A stretch of DNA of 64,000 nucleotides, taken from the NCBI GenBank assembly GCA_964385015.1, contig CAYLLS010000001.1, positions 101,918 through 165,917 on the forward strand, in the 5' to 3' direction. The DNA is from an uncultured Myxococcales bacterium (GTDB lineage Bacteria; Myxococcota; UBA727; JABDBI01). The stretch's first letter is position 1, and each line of letters starts with the position of its first letter. The position numbers and the translations under genes were made by a program. The notes under the pieces were generated by a model that saw only the letters and a list, made by a program, of their open reading frames with translations, did no database searches and was not told the DNA's origin. Below, one piece after another: positions 21,342-31,173 of this stretch.

Positions 21342-22388
21342 TTAAAACTGTTTTAATAAATTTAAGTTGTTTTCAAATAATAATTTAATATCAGGTATAT
21401 AATATTTTAATAATGCAATTCTTTCTATGCCTACGCCAAAAGCAAATCCAGAGTATTTTTTAGTATTTATATTTGATGTTTTTAATACATTAGGATGTAC
21501 CATTCCAGCTCCCATGATTTCAATCCAATTAGTGTTTTTGCATATTTTGCATATTTGATTATTATTATTGCAGTTAAAACAATTAATGTCTATTTCTATT
21601 GATGGTTTTGTAAATGGGAAGTAGCTAGGTCTTAAGCGTAGTTTGACATTGTCATGGAATATTTTTTTTATCAAATAAAATAACATGCCTTTTAAATGTG
21701 TGAAATTAATATTTTTATCTAAATATATAGCTTCGATTTGATGAAACATTGGTGAATGAGTTAAATCTTGGTCACGTCTATATACTTTGCCAAAACTAAA
21801 AATTTTCATAGCAGTATTTTTATTATTTAACATAGTTCTGATTTGTATTGGAGAAGTATGTGTTCTTAATAAAATATTTGAATTAATATAAAAAGTATCT
21901 TGTTTATTTCTAGCTGGATGATTAATATCAATATTTAATGCTGTAAAATTAAAGTATGTATGTTCTATTTCTGGGCCGTTAGTAAGTTGAAATCCTAATT
22001 TTGTAAGAATTTTAATTATTTTTTCACTTATTATTGATATCGGATGTAAGCTTCCAAGATTAGCATTCGTACTGGGTAAATTAATATCAATGTCAACGTT
22101 ATATATATCTTTTTGTGTTGTGTGTATGATGTTGTTATATTGTAATTTAATGATTTTTTTTAATAAGATTTTAGTTTTATTGTATTCTTTGCCTAATATA
22201 ATTTTTTGTGATAACGGTATATATTTAATTTGTTGTATTATATTAGATAGTTGACTTTTTTTTCCTAGAAACAAGATTTTAAATTGATCTAGTTCTTTTA
22301 TTGTTTTAATTGATTCTATTGATATTTTAGCTTTATTTATAATGTTTTTTAATGTATCTAATAAGTTGTTTTTATTGTTTATTGACAT
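21342..22388 (-). CDS. pheS: Phenylalanine--tRNA ligase alpha subunit
   Basis: 348 aa; class-II core (FPFTKPSIEID, GAGMVHPNVL, GFAFGVGIERIA). Confidence 0.9.
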   Translation of the reverse strand: MSINNKNNLLDTLKNIINKAKISIESIKTIKELDQFKILFLGKKSQLSNIIQQIKYIPLSQKIILGKEYNKTKILLKKIIKLQYNNIIHTTQKDIYNVDIDINLPSTNANLGSLHPISIISEKIIKILTKLGFQLTNGPEIEHTYFNFTALNIDINHPARNKQDTFYINSNILLRTHTSPIQIRTMLNNKNTAMKIFSFGKVYRRDQDLTHSPMFHQIEAIYLDKNINFTHLKGMLFYLIKKIFHDNVKLRLRPSYFPFTKPSIEIDINCFNCNNNNQICKICKNTNWIEIMGAGMVHPNVLKTSNINTKKYSGFAFGVGIERIALLKYYIPDIKLLFENNLNLLKQF

Positions 22389-22408
22389 AATAAATATAAT
22401 AATATTTC

Positions 22409-22753
22409 TTATAATATTGATTTTATTATTTTTTTAAAACCATCAATATCATGTATTGCCATATCAGCTAATATTTTGCGATTAATGTTTATGTTAGCTT
22501 GTTTGATTTTATATATGAATTTATTATATGTTAAACCAAATGTGCGAGTAATGGCATTGATTCTTATAATCCATAATTTTCTAAAGTTACGTTTGTTTCT
22601 TTTTCTATCTCGATATGAGAAAGTTAATGCTCTATGCACTGTTTCTTTTGCAGTTTTAAATAATCTATGTCTTCCACCATAATATCCTTTGGCTGCATTT
22701 AAAATTTTTTTTCTACGTTGTTTAGCTTTGGTGCCACGTTTTACTCTAGTCAT
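22409..22753 (-). CDS. rplT: 50S ribosomal protein L20
   Basis: 114 aa; MTRVKRGTKAKQRRKKIL...KGYYGGRHRLFKTAKE is canonical L20. Confidence 0.9.
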   Translation of the reverse strand: MTRVKRGTKAKQRRKKILNAAKGYYGGRHRLFKTAKETVHRALTFSYRDRKRNKRNFRKLWIIRINAITRTFGLTYNKFIYKIKQANININRKILADMAIHDIDGFKKIIKSIL

Positions 22754-22782
22754 AAAATTATAACTCCATTTTAATTTTTATT

Positions 22783-22983
22783 TTACATTAATTTTATTAT
22801 TTTTTGAGCATCACATTTCTGCAAATATTTAGTTTTATTTGCTTGCCTTTTTTTTTTGCGGCTTTTATTACTTAAACAATGTTGTGTGCCTTTTGATGCA
22901 TATTTTATTAAATTATTTTTAGTGATAATAAATCTTTTTTTAGCTGATTTATTGCTTTTTACTTTTATTATTTTATTTTTCAT
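22783..22983 (-). CDS. rpmI: 50S ribosomal protein L35
   Basis: 66 aa; MKNKIIKVKSNKSAKKRF... is basic and L35-like; lies between infC and rplT. Confidence 0.85.
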   Translation of the reverse strand: MKNKIIKVKSNKSAKKRFIITKNNLIKYASKGTQHCLSNKSRKKKRQANKTKYLQKCDAQKIIKLM

Positions 22984-23023
22984 TGTGTACCTATAATATA
23001 TTCATATTTTAGTATAGTAAAAA

Positions 23024-23617
23024 TTAATTTTTGAGTGGTGATAATATCATTATCATTTGTCGTCCATCCATTTTAGCATGGTTTTCTATTGTTGCTTGAT
23101 TGTTTAATAATTTTATAATTTTATCCATGATGTTTTTCCCTATATCTGTATGTACAATTTCTCTTCCTCTAAACACAATAGTTATTTTGCTTTTATTTCC
23201 ATGTTTTAAAAATTTTTTTAGTTGATTGATTTTCACAAGAAAATCATGAGTATTAGTTTTAGGTTTAAATTTAACTTCTTTCATTTTAATGTTGTTTTGT
23301 TTTTTTTTATTTTCGGCTGCTTTTCTTTTTTGTTGATATTTAAATTTACCATAATCCATAATTTTACATACAGGTGGATTTGCTGTTGGCGAAACTTCCA
23401 CTAAATCTAAATTTTGTAATTTAGCTTTATAAATAGCGTCTTTGGTATGCATTATGCCTAATTGTATTCCATCATTTGAAATAACTCTGACTTCAGTAGT
23501 TTTAATATATTTATTTATTTTAATTTTTAAATTTTTTTGTTTTGTATTAGTAAAAATGTTATGATTTTTATTTTTAATAACATTATGTTTAAATATATGA
23601 TTTTCAGAATTTTTCAA
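23024..23617 (-). CDS. infC: Translation initiation factor IF-3. The N-terminal ~30 aa of this ORF are probably not translated; the true start is likely a non-ATG codon (AUU/AUA-type) further in, as is conserved for infC.
   Basis: VRVISNDGIQLGIMHT...DLVEVSPTANPPVCKIMDYGKFKYQQ...KITIVFRGREIVHTDIG...DGRQMIMILSP aligns along E. coli IF3. Confidence 0.85.
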   Translation of the reverse strand: MKNSENHIFKHNVIKNKNHNIFTNTKQKNLKIKINKYIKTTEVRVISNDGIQLGIMHTKDAIYKAKLQNLDLVEVSPTANPPVCKIMDYGKFKYQQKRKAAENKKKQNNIKMKEVKFKPKTNTHDFLVKINQLKKFLKHGNKSKITIVFRGREIVHTDIGKNIMDKIIKLLNNQATIENHAKMDGRQMIMILSPLKN

Positions 23618-23730
23618 AGCGTAAAATTTCTCCTAGAAAATATGTGTAAAAAAAATTTATATTAGCATTGCAAATAAATTATGTTTTTGCAACACATTAG
23701 TGGTATTTATATGGGATATCAGTTGAATTT

Positions 23731-25992
23731 TTATATAATATCAAATAACGGTGTTTTAGATTGTTGTTTTAAAAATTCAATCATTTTTGTTATTGACAAT
23801 AATTGTTGGTTATTGTCAGATCTTAACCTGATGGTTACTTTGTTTAGTTCTTCTTCTTTATTCCCAATGATAATCATAATAGGAATTTTTTCTATTTGTG
23901 ATTTTTTTATTTTGTATTCCAATGTTTCATTTGCAAAATTATGACCTACTCTAATTCCAGTTTTATAAATAATGTTTTTTATAATATTACAATATTTTAT
24001 ATTGTGTTTGGAAATATTTAATATTCTAACTTGTTCCGGAGATAACCATACAGGTAAATTTCCATTTAATTCTTCTATTAATATTCCAATAAATCTTTCA
24101 ACAGATCCTAATATGGCTCTATGTATAATTACTGGATGTTCTAATTTATTATTGTATTGTTTGAATGTTATATTAAAGTTTTTAGCACTGTTTAAGTCTA
24201 ATTGTATTGTAGAACATTGCCATATTCTGTTCATTGAATCTTGTAGTTGCACGTCTATTTTAGGCCCATAGAAAGATCCATTACCGTTATCAATTGAAAA
24301 TGATAATCCAAGATTTGTAATAGATTTTTTTAAGATATTTTCAGATATTTTCCATTGTTGAATGTTGCCAATAAACTTATCTGGACATGTAGATACTAAT
24401 ATTTGAAAATTATTAAATTGAAACATTTTAAGTATATTTAAAGTTAATTGCAATGTATGTGTAATTTCTGTTTCTACATTATTGAAATCGCAAAAAATAT
24501 GTGCATCATCTTGAGTAAATCCTCTTGTTCTCATTAGTCCATGTATTACACTAATGTTTTCATAACGGTATACAGTTCCAAATTCAGCAAATTTGATTGG
24601 TAAGTGTTTATAGCTTCTAATGGCATTTTTATATGCTAGTATGTGAAATGGGCAATTCATTGGTTTTAGTTGATATTCTTGATTATGAATATGTATTGAA
24701 GAAAACATGTTTTGTTGGTAGAACTGCCAGTGGCCAGATATTTTCCATAAATCATTTTTAGCTATATGTGGAGAAGAAATAAATTGATAATTATGTTTAT
24801 AATTGATTTGAGTTATTATGTTTTCAATTAATTGTTTTAATTGTGCTCCGTTTGGAAGCCATGTTATAAGTCCTGATCCAATTTCTTCAGAATATTTATT
24901 TTGTAAAGTGATTTTAGTTTTATTATTTTTATTATGTTTATTGAATTTGTTTTCTATTAAAAATATTTGTTTTTTTTGTATTTTAGTAATGCAATGTGCA
25001 AATATTTTAATATTTATGTAATTATCTATCTTGTTATTTGTTTTAATTTCGTTAAAATTAATATGTTTGATATTTGCATCATTTATTATATTTATAATGT
25101 CTTTACATATATGAGATTGTTGTTCTAATAATGATGATATGTTATCATTTCTGTTAATAGTAGCATTTATTATGATATATGGTTTTTGTGATTGACTAAT
25201 TGCTTGATAAGATTTTTGTTTTGTAGTCGTGTATAATTTTAATTGTTTATTTAATATTCTATGATCACGTTTTTTTTGTTTTTCTATGTTTTGTATATAT
25301 TGTTGTAGTAATTGATGTGAGAAAAATGCTGATCCTGTTATTCGTTGCAGTATATGTTTATTATTAGATTTATAATATACGCTATAGTTTGATTCTAATT
25401 TAAAAGCCTTAATAAATCCTGTATGTGGGATATGAGGCCCATGACATAAATCAACAAAATTATCTAATGCATATAAAGATATATAATTTGCATTAATAGA
25501 TGATAAAATTTTTATTTTATAAGGTTGTTGTAGTTTTTTAAACAATAATTTTGCATATTTTTTCTGTATTAATATTTTTTTAAATATTATGTTATTATTA
25601 ATCATATTTTGCATTTCTTGTTTAATATGTATTAAATGTTTTTTTGTAACAGAAAATGGCATATTCATGTCATAATAAAAATTTAAATTATGTTTTTTTT
25701 GTCCTGTTACAAATTTAACATTATGAAATAATTTATTAATTGCAGCTGCCATAATGTGTTCACAACTATGATTTAATATGTGATTTGTTTCTTTATTATC
25801 TGTAGTTAAAAATTTTATTTTACAATTGTTTGGTAAAGCATCATTTAAATCATGAATTTTGTCGTTAATTATTATTGCAATAGTTTTTTTATGTAATGTT
25901 TTAGATATGGTTTTTAATAGATCATATCCAGTGCTGTAATATTTAATTTGTTTGTTGTTGTTGTCTGGTAATTTAATGTTAATATGTTTCAT
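23731..25992 (-). CDS. thrS: Threonine--tRNA ligase, with a ~110-aa low-complexity insertion
   Basis: 753 aa; TGS N-terminus, editing-domain CHGPH, class-II core (KRDHR...; FGTVYRYE; HRAILGSVERFIGILIE), C-terminal anticodon-binding domain. Confidence 0.9.
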   Translation of the reverse strand: MKHINIKLPDNNNKQIKYYSTGYDLLKTISKTLHKKTIAIIINDKIHDLNDALPNNCKIKFLTTDNKETNHILNHSCEHIMAAAINKLFHNVKFVTGQKKHNLNFYYDMNMPFSVTKKHLIHIKQEMQNMINNNIIFKKILIQKKYAKLLFKKLQQPYKIKILSSINANYISLYALDNFVDLCHGPHIPHTGFIKAFKLESNYSVYYKSNNKHILQRITGSAFFSHQLLQQYIQNIEKQKKRDHRILNKQLKLYTTTKQKSYQAISQSQKPYIIINATINRNDNISSLLEQQSHICKDIINIINDANIKHINFNEIKTNNKIDNYINIKIFAHCITKIQKKQIFLIENKFNKHNKNNKTKITLQNKYSEEIGSGLITWLPNGAQLKQLIENIITQINYKHNYQFISSPHIAKNDLWKISGHWQFYQQNMFSSIHIHNQEYQLKPMNCPFHILAYKNAIRSYKHLPIKFAEFGTVYRYENISVIHGLMRTRGFTQDDAHIFCDFNNVETEITHTLQLTLNILKMFQFNNFQILVSTCPDKFIGNIQQWKISENILKKSITNLGLSFSIDNGNGSFYGPKIDVQLQDSMNRIWQCSTIQLDLNSAKNFNITFKQYNNKLEHPVIIHRAILGSVERFIGILIEELNGNLPVWLSPEQVRILNISKHNIKYCNIIKNIIYKTGIRVGHNFANETLEYKIKKSQIEKIPIMIIIGNKEEELNKVTIRLRSDNNQQLLSITKMIEFLKQQSKTPLFDII

Positions 25993-26049
25993 GAAAATAT
26001 GCTTTTATTTGTTTTTATTCTTGATAATATTATTGGAAAATTTAAATAA

Positions 26050-26121
26050 TAGGCACGAATGGAATTGAACCATCGACCTCTACTATGTCAAAGTAGTGCT
26101 CTGCCATTGAGCTACGTGCCT
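26050..26121 (-). tRNA. tRNA-Val (anticodon GAC)
   Basis: Reverse strand AGGCACGTAGCTCAATGGCAGAGCACTACTTTGACATAGTAGAGGTCGATGGTTCAATTCCATTCGTGCCTA folds as a cloverleaf with 7-bp acceptor stem and anticodon loop CTTTGACAT; the only GC-rich island in this spacer. Confidence 0.8.
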
Positions 26122-26176
26122 ATTGAATATAGTAAAAATAAGACCAAAATTTTTATATTATGTCAAATAAATTATA

Positions 26177-27379
26177 TTATAATTTTTTTTTTCTGTTATG
26201 TAGTTTCATATGTCCATTTTGTATGCCATTATCACATAAGGCTTTTAATGCACCTATATTTTGTGCTAATCCTACCGCAGCCATAACTCCTGATAATTTT
26301 TTAGCACTTTTGCCGAATTGATCTAAAATTTGTAAATTTTTTTGCACAGTAGGATGTATATTAATTATACCTCCAGTGATGCCAACAGCTAAAGGTAATT
26401 TTATTTTGCATTCGAGATGATTGTTGTGATTTATAAAATATGAAGTTAAACTTGTATATTGTCCACTTTGAGATGCAAAAGCATGAGCTCCAGCTTCAAT
26501 GGCGCGCCAATCATTTCCAGTTGCAATTGCAACTGCATCAATGCCATTTAAAATGCCTTTATTATGTGTTGTGGCTCGATATGGATCTCTTATAGCAAAT
26601 CGAAATGCATGAATTATATTATGTGCTGTATTTTTATTATTTGTATTTAATAATGAAATTGGTATTGAACATTTAGCACTTGCACATCGTTTATCTGATA
26701 AATTGGATAAAATTTGTAATCCTTTAGTGCTTGAAATTAATTTAGTGATTTTTTTACTTAACCCTTCTGCAACTTGATTGACAATATTAGCACCCATTGA
26801 ATCACAACAATCAATTATGAATTCAACAATTAACATGGGTTTCCCGTTGTCAAATTTGGCAAATTTTTTAGAATTTGGTACTAATATTTTAGTATATATG
26901 TCTTTTACTCCACCACCTCTGTTTACCATGTTTTTACATAATTTATTAGCTAAATTTATAAGATTGATTTTATTTTGTTGAATAGTTTTGGTAGCTTGAT
27001 GAATATTTCTTACTGTGTTTAATTGAATTTGACCTATCATATGAGATTTATCAACTTTTGTTTGAAATCCACCTGATTTCCCAACTAATGATGCTATTTT
27101 TGAACATGATGCTATAATGCTTGGTTCTTCAGTAGCCATTGGAATTAGTACAGAATATCCATCTATTAAGAAATTTATAGCAAGGCCTATTGGCAACCCA
27201 AATATTCCTATACAATTTTCTATCATCATATTAGCATAATTTAATGACAGATGATGTTCTGGTATAAAGGTTTTAATTTTATTTGTTTTAGAAATATATT
27301 GTGCATGTAAGATTTTTTGTCTTTCTAAAATAGTTAGATTGTAAAATTTTGGCATTCTAGATAAATATAAGTTTTCCAT
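26177..27379 (-). CDS. mvaA: Hydroxymethylglutaryl-CoA reductase, class II (degradative/NAD-type, MvaA-like)
   Basis: 400 aa; ENCIGIFGLPIGLAINFLIDGYSVLIPMATEEPSIIASCS matches the class-II HMGR signature (ENVIG..LP.G.A.NF.IDG....PM..EEPS). Confidence 0.75.
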   Translation of the reverse strand: MENLYLSRMPKFYNLTILERQKILHAQYISKTNKIKTFIPEHHLSLNYANMMIENCIGIFGLPIGLAINFLIDGYSVLIPMATEEPSIIASCSKIASLVGKSGGFQTKVDKSHMIGQIQLNTVRNIHQATKTIQQNKINLINLANKLCKNMVNRGGGVKDIYTKILVPNSKKFAKFDNGKPMLIVEFIIDCCDSMGANIVNQVAEGLSKKITKLISSTKGLQILSNLSDKRCASAKCSIPISLLNTNNKNTAHNIIHAFRFAIRDPYRATTHNKGILNGIDAVAIATGNDWRAIEAGAHAFASQSGQYTSLTSYFINHNNHLECKIKLPLAVGITGGIINIHPTVQKNLQILDQFGKSAKKLSGVMAAVGLAQNIGALKALCDNGIQNGHMKLHNRKKKL

Positions 27380-27608
27380 TTGAAGTATATATGTTTAAAT
27401 TTTTAAAATAATATATTGTATGAAAATATGCTTGAAAAATACACAATAATACTATATGTTATATTATAATAATATGAATGTCAAAAATATTTTTATATAT
27501 TTTTATTTTATAGATTATGTTAATTATTATATAATTAAATTTAATGATATATTAGGATAAAAATTAAATAACTGATTAAATTTTATTTGTAATGAGGGTT
27601 GTTTTGTT

Positions 27609-28559
27609 ATGTTGAAAAAAAAAATTGCATTAATTGGTAGTGGCAATATAGGAAGTACATTGGCTTTGTTATGTGCACAAAAAAATATGGGTGATATCAT
27701 AATGTTTGACGTGTTTCAAGGTGTTGCAAGAGGTAAATCTTTAGATTTAAATCAAACTTTAAATTTTATAAATAATGGAACTAAAATTATAGGTACTAGT
27801 GATTATAAAGATATTGCTGATGCTGATGTATGTCTTGTTACTGCTGGTTTCCCAAGAAAGCCAGGTATGAGTAGAGATGATTTGTTATTAAAAAATTTAG
27901 AAGTGATAAAAAGTGTAGCTCAAGGTATAAAAACATATGCTCCTAATGCTTTTGTTATTATAGTTACTAATCCTCTTGATGTTATGGTATATGCATTCTT
28001 AAAATTATCAGGATTTAATGCTAATAAAGTTATAGGGATGGCTGGTGTTTTAGATTCTGCTAGATTTAAAACTTTTTTATCTTGGGAATTAGGCATCAGT
28101 AGTAATGATATACATGCATTTGTGTTGGGTGGACATGGGGATGAAATGGTTCCGTTAAAACGATTTACAACAGTAGGTGGAATTTCATTGGTTGAATTAA
28201 TAAGTATGGGATTATTGGATGAAGATAAATTGGATAAAATTATTAATCGAACTAGGAGGGGAGGTGGAGAAATTGTAAATCTCTTAGGAAATGGATCTGC
28301 ATATTATGCACCAGCATTTTCAGCTATTACTATGGCTAATAGCTTTTTAAATAATGAAAAAAGATTGTTAGCTTGTGCATGTTTTTTGCAAGGAGAATAT
28401 AATGTTAATGGGTTATTTATTGGTGTGCCGGCTATTATCGGTATTAATGGAGTTGAAAAAATATTAGAATTAAAATTATTAAAAGATGAAAGACAAAAAT
28501 TTCATCAATCTATATTATCTGTACAGAATGTAGTTAATACAGTAGATAAGTTAATTTAA
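27609..28559 (+). CDS. mdh: Malate dehydrogenase, LDH-like (type 3) family
   Basis: 316 aa; Rossmann motif KIALIGSGNIGSTLA; substrate Arg region ...GFPRKPGMSRDDLL; short LDH-like length. Confidence 0.85.
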   Translation: MLKKKIALIGSGNIGSTLALLCAQKNMGDIIMFDVFQGVARGKSLDLNQTLNFINNGTKIIGTSDYKDIADADVCLVTAGFPRKPGMSRDDLLLKNLEVIKSVAQGIKTYAPNAFVIIVTNPLDVMVYAFLKLSGFNANKVIGMAGVLDSARFKTFLSWELGISSNDIHAFVLGGHGDEMVPLKRFTTVGGISLVELISMGLLDEDKLDKIINRTRRGGGEIVNLLGNGSAYYAPAFSAITMANSFLNNEKRLLACACFLQGEYNVNGLFIGVPAIIGINGVEKILELKLLKDERQKFHQSILSVQNVVNTVDKLI

Positions 28560-28572
28560 GGTTATTTCAGTA

Positions 28573-29238
28573 ATGATAGTATTATCAACAGTAGGACAAA
28601 AAATTATAGTAGCCATTAGTGGTATAATTTGGTTATTATTTGTTATAGTGCATTTGATAGGTAATTTAGGAATTTATGGTGGAATAAATTATTTTAATGA
28701 GTATGCTAATTTTTTACACTCTATATCATTTGTTGTATGGATAATAAGGCTATTTTTAATATTTAGTCTTATAATGCATGTTTTTTTTACTATTAAATTA
28801 ACAGTAAAAAATAAGTTTTCTCGTCCAATATCTTATTTAAATCAAAAATTTATTATATCTAAATTATCTTCAAGAACAATGTTTTTAGGCGGATGTGCTC
28901 TTTTGTTATTTTTAATATTTCACATTTCACAGTTTTGTTTAGGTTATATATATTCTGATTTTTTTTTATTAACAGATGATTTAGGACGTCATGATGTTTA
29001 TTCTATGGTTGTTTTAAATTTTAAAAATATTTGGTTAGTGTTAATGTATTTAGTAGCACAATGTTGTTTGGCTATGCATATTTCACATGGTTTTGTTAGT
29101 GTGTTGCAAACTTTGGGAATTAAACGACATAGCATAAAAGATATGGTTACAAATTTTGGTAATTGCATAGCAATATTAATTTTTATTCTTTATAGTTCTA
29201 TTCCTATTTTTGTTCAATTAGGAATAATTAGTTTTTAA
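28573..29238 (+). CDS. sdhC: Succinate dehydrogenase cytochrome b subunit (single 5-TM, di-haem, type-B SQR)
   Basis: 221 aa polytopic membrane protein with conserved His in predicted TM helices, immediately upstream of sdhA/sdhB; no sdhD follows. Confidence 0.65.
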   Translation: MIVLSTVGQKIIVAISGIIWLLFVIVHLIGNLGIYGGINYFNEYANFLHSISFVVWIIRLFLIFSLIMHVFFTIKLTVKNKFSRPISYLNQKFIISKLSSRTMFLGGCALLLFLIFHISQFCLGYIYSDFFLLTDDLGRHDVYSMVVLNFKNIWLVLMYLVAQCCLAMHISHGFVSVLQTLGIKRHSIKDMVTNFGNCIAILIFILYSSIPIFVQLGIISF

Positions 29239-29256
29239 AATATATAGGTTTAATAA

Positions 29257-31173
29257 ATGAAATTTGATTCTAAAATACCTGAAGGTGATATTCATAATAA
29301 ATGGGATAATTATAAAAAATTTTCAAAACCAATAAGTGCTAGTAATAGACATAAATTTAAAATTATTGTTGTTGGAAGTGGTTTAGCTGGAGCTTCTGCT
29401 TCAGCGTCTTTATCAGAATTAGGATTTAATGTATATTGTTATTGTTTTCATGATTCTCCACGACGAGCGCATAGTATTGCGGCTCAAGGAGGCATCAATG
29501 CTGCTAAAAATTATAAAAATGATTCTGATAGTGTATATCGTTTGTTTTATGATACTATAAAGGGTGGAGATTTCAGATCTAGAGAAGCTAATGTATATCG
29601 TTTAGCACAAGTTAGTTCTTCTATTATTGATCATTGTGTAGCACAAGGAGTGCCATTTGCTAGAGAATATAGTGGATTATTAAGTAATCGTTCATTTGGT
29701 GGATCATTAGTTTCTAGAACATTTTATGCTAAGGGACAAACAGGACAACAATTGTTATTGGGTGCATATGGATCATTGAATAGGCAGATTGCATCTGGTA
29801 ATGTTAAGATGATTTCTAGAACTGAAGTATTAGATTTAGTATTAGTGAATGGACATGCTAAGGGGATTATTGGTAGAAATTTATTAACTGGAAATATTTT
29901 TGTTGATACTGCAGATGTTATTGTGTTAGCTACTGGAGGATATGGGTCTATTTTTTATTTGTCTACTAATGCTATTAATTGTAATGTTACTGCTATTTTT
30001 AATGCATATGAAAGAGGTGCGTTGATGGCGAATCCATGTTATACTCAAATACATCCTACTTGTATTCCTGTATCAGGAAAACATCAATCTAAACTTACAT
30101 TAATGTCAGAATCTTTAAGGAACGATGGTAGAGTATGGATTCCTAAAAAGAAGAGAGATACAAGGATGCCATCTGCAATTAAAGATGATGAAAGAGATTA
30201 TTATTTAGAAAGAAAATATCCTAGTTATGGAAATTTGGCTCCAAGAGATATTTCTTCTAGAGCGGCGAAACATGTATGTGATGAAAATTATGGTATAGGT
30301 GATAGCGGTTTGGGTGTATATTTAGATTTTCGTGATGCTATACTTAAATTAGGTAGAAATAATATATCAGCTAAATATGGTAATTTATTTCAAATGTATG
30401 AAAAAATTACTGGTGAAGATCCATATAAAGTTCCTATGCATATTTATCCAGCTTCTCATTATACTATGGGTGGGTTGTGGGTTGATTATGAATTAATGAG
30501 TAATATCCCGGGATTGTTTGTTGTTGGTGAAGCTAATTTTTCAGATCATGGTGCAAATCGTTTAGGTGCTAGTGCATTAATGCAAGGATTGGCTGATGGG
30601 TATTTTATTTTGCCCAATACAATTTCTAGTTATTTAAATATGATTACTACAAATTCATTATTAAGTATTAATGATAGTACCTGTGTTGAGATGAAGTCTT
30701 TAGTAGAAGATAAAATTGATAATTTAATGTCTATTAATGGCAATATATCACCTCATGTATTTCATAAAAAATTAGGTAGTATTTTATGGGATTATTGTGG
30801 CATGGAGCGGAATGAAGAGGGATTAACAAAGGCTTTAAGTGAAATTGCATCTATAAAATATGATTTTCATAATGATTTGCGTATAACAGGAAAAGTCAAT
30901 TCTTTGAATGTAGTATTAGAGAAAGCCTTAAGAGTGGAAAATTTTATTAATTTTGCAGAGTTAATGTGTTTAGATGCTATATCTCGTAATGAAAGTTGTG
31001 GTGCTCATTTTAGAACTGAACATCAAACCAAAGAAGGTGAAGCTAAAAGGAATGATGCAGAGTATTGTAATGTACAAGTTTGGCATTATAATGGTTATAA
31101 AGTAAAACCAAAGTTATATTTGGAAGATTTAAAGTTTAAGAGTATAAACTTAACTACTAGGAGTTATAAGTGA
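29257..31173 (+). CDS. sdhA: Succinate dehydrogenase / fumarate reductase flavoprotein subunit
   Basis: 638 aa; FAD-binding motif [12 protein letters not shown], covalent-FAD His motif [10 protein letters not shown], active-site HYTMGG. Confidence 0.9.
   Translation: MKFDSKIPEGDIHNKWDNYKKFSKPISASNRHKFKIIVVGSGLAGASASASLSELGFNVYCYCFHDSPRRAHSIAAQGGINAAKNYKNDSDSVYRLFYDTIKGGDFRSREANVYRLAQVSSSIIDHCVAQGVPFAREYSGLLSNRSFGGSLVSRTFYAKGQTGQQLLLGAYGSLNRQIASGNVKMISRTEVLDLVLVNGHAKGIIGRNLLTGNIFVDTADVIVLATGGYGSIFYLSTNAINCNVTAIFNAYERGALMANPCYTQIHPTCIPVSGKHQSKLTLMSESLRNDGRVWIPKKKRDTRMPSAIKDDERDYYLERKYPSYGNLAPRDISSRAAKHVCDENYGIGDSGLGVYLDFRDAILKLGRNNISAKYGNLFQMYEKITGEDPYKVPMHIYPASHYTMGGLWVDYELMSNIPGLFVVGEANFSDHGANRLGASALMQGLADGYFILPNTISSYLNMITTNSLLSINDSTCVEMKSLVEDKIDNLMSINGNISPHVFHKKLGSILWDYCGMERNEEGLTKALSEIASIKYDFHNDLRITGKVNSLNVVLEKALRVENFINFAELMCLDAISRNESCGAHFRTEHQTKEGEAKRNDAEYCNVQVWHYNGYKVKPKLYLEDLKFKSINLTTRSYK

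Noticed and set aside
23618-23730. thrS-infC spacer as an E. coli-style thrS operator (tRNA-Thr anticodon-arm mimic) or infC AUU autoregulatory start
   Set aside because: The spacer is between the thrS stop and infC, not upstream of thrS, and I could not find a convincing anticodon-arm-like hairpin. The infC non-ATG start is likely but I cannot pinpoint the codon from sequence alone.
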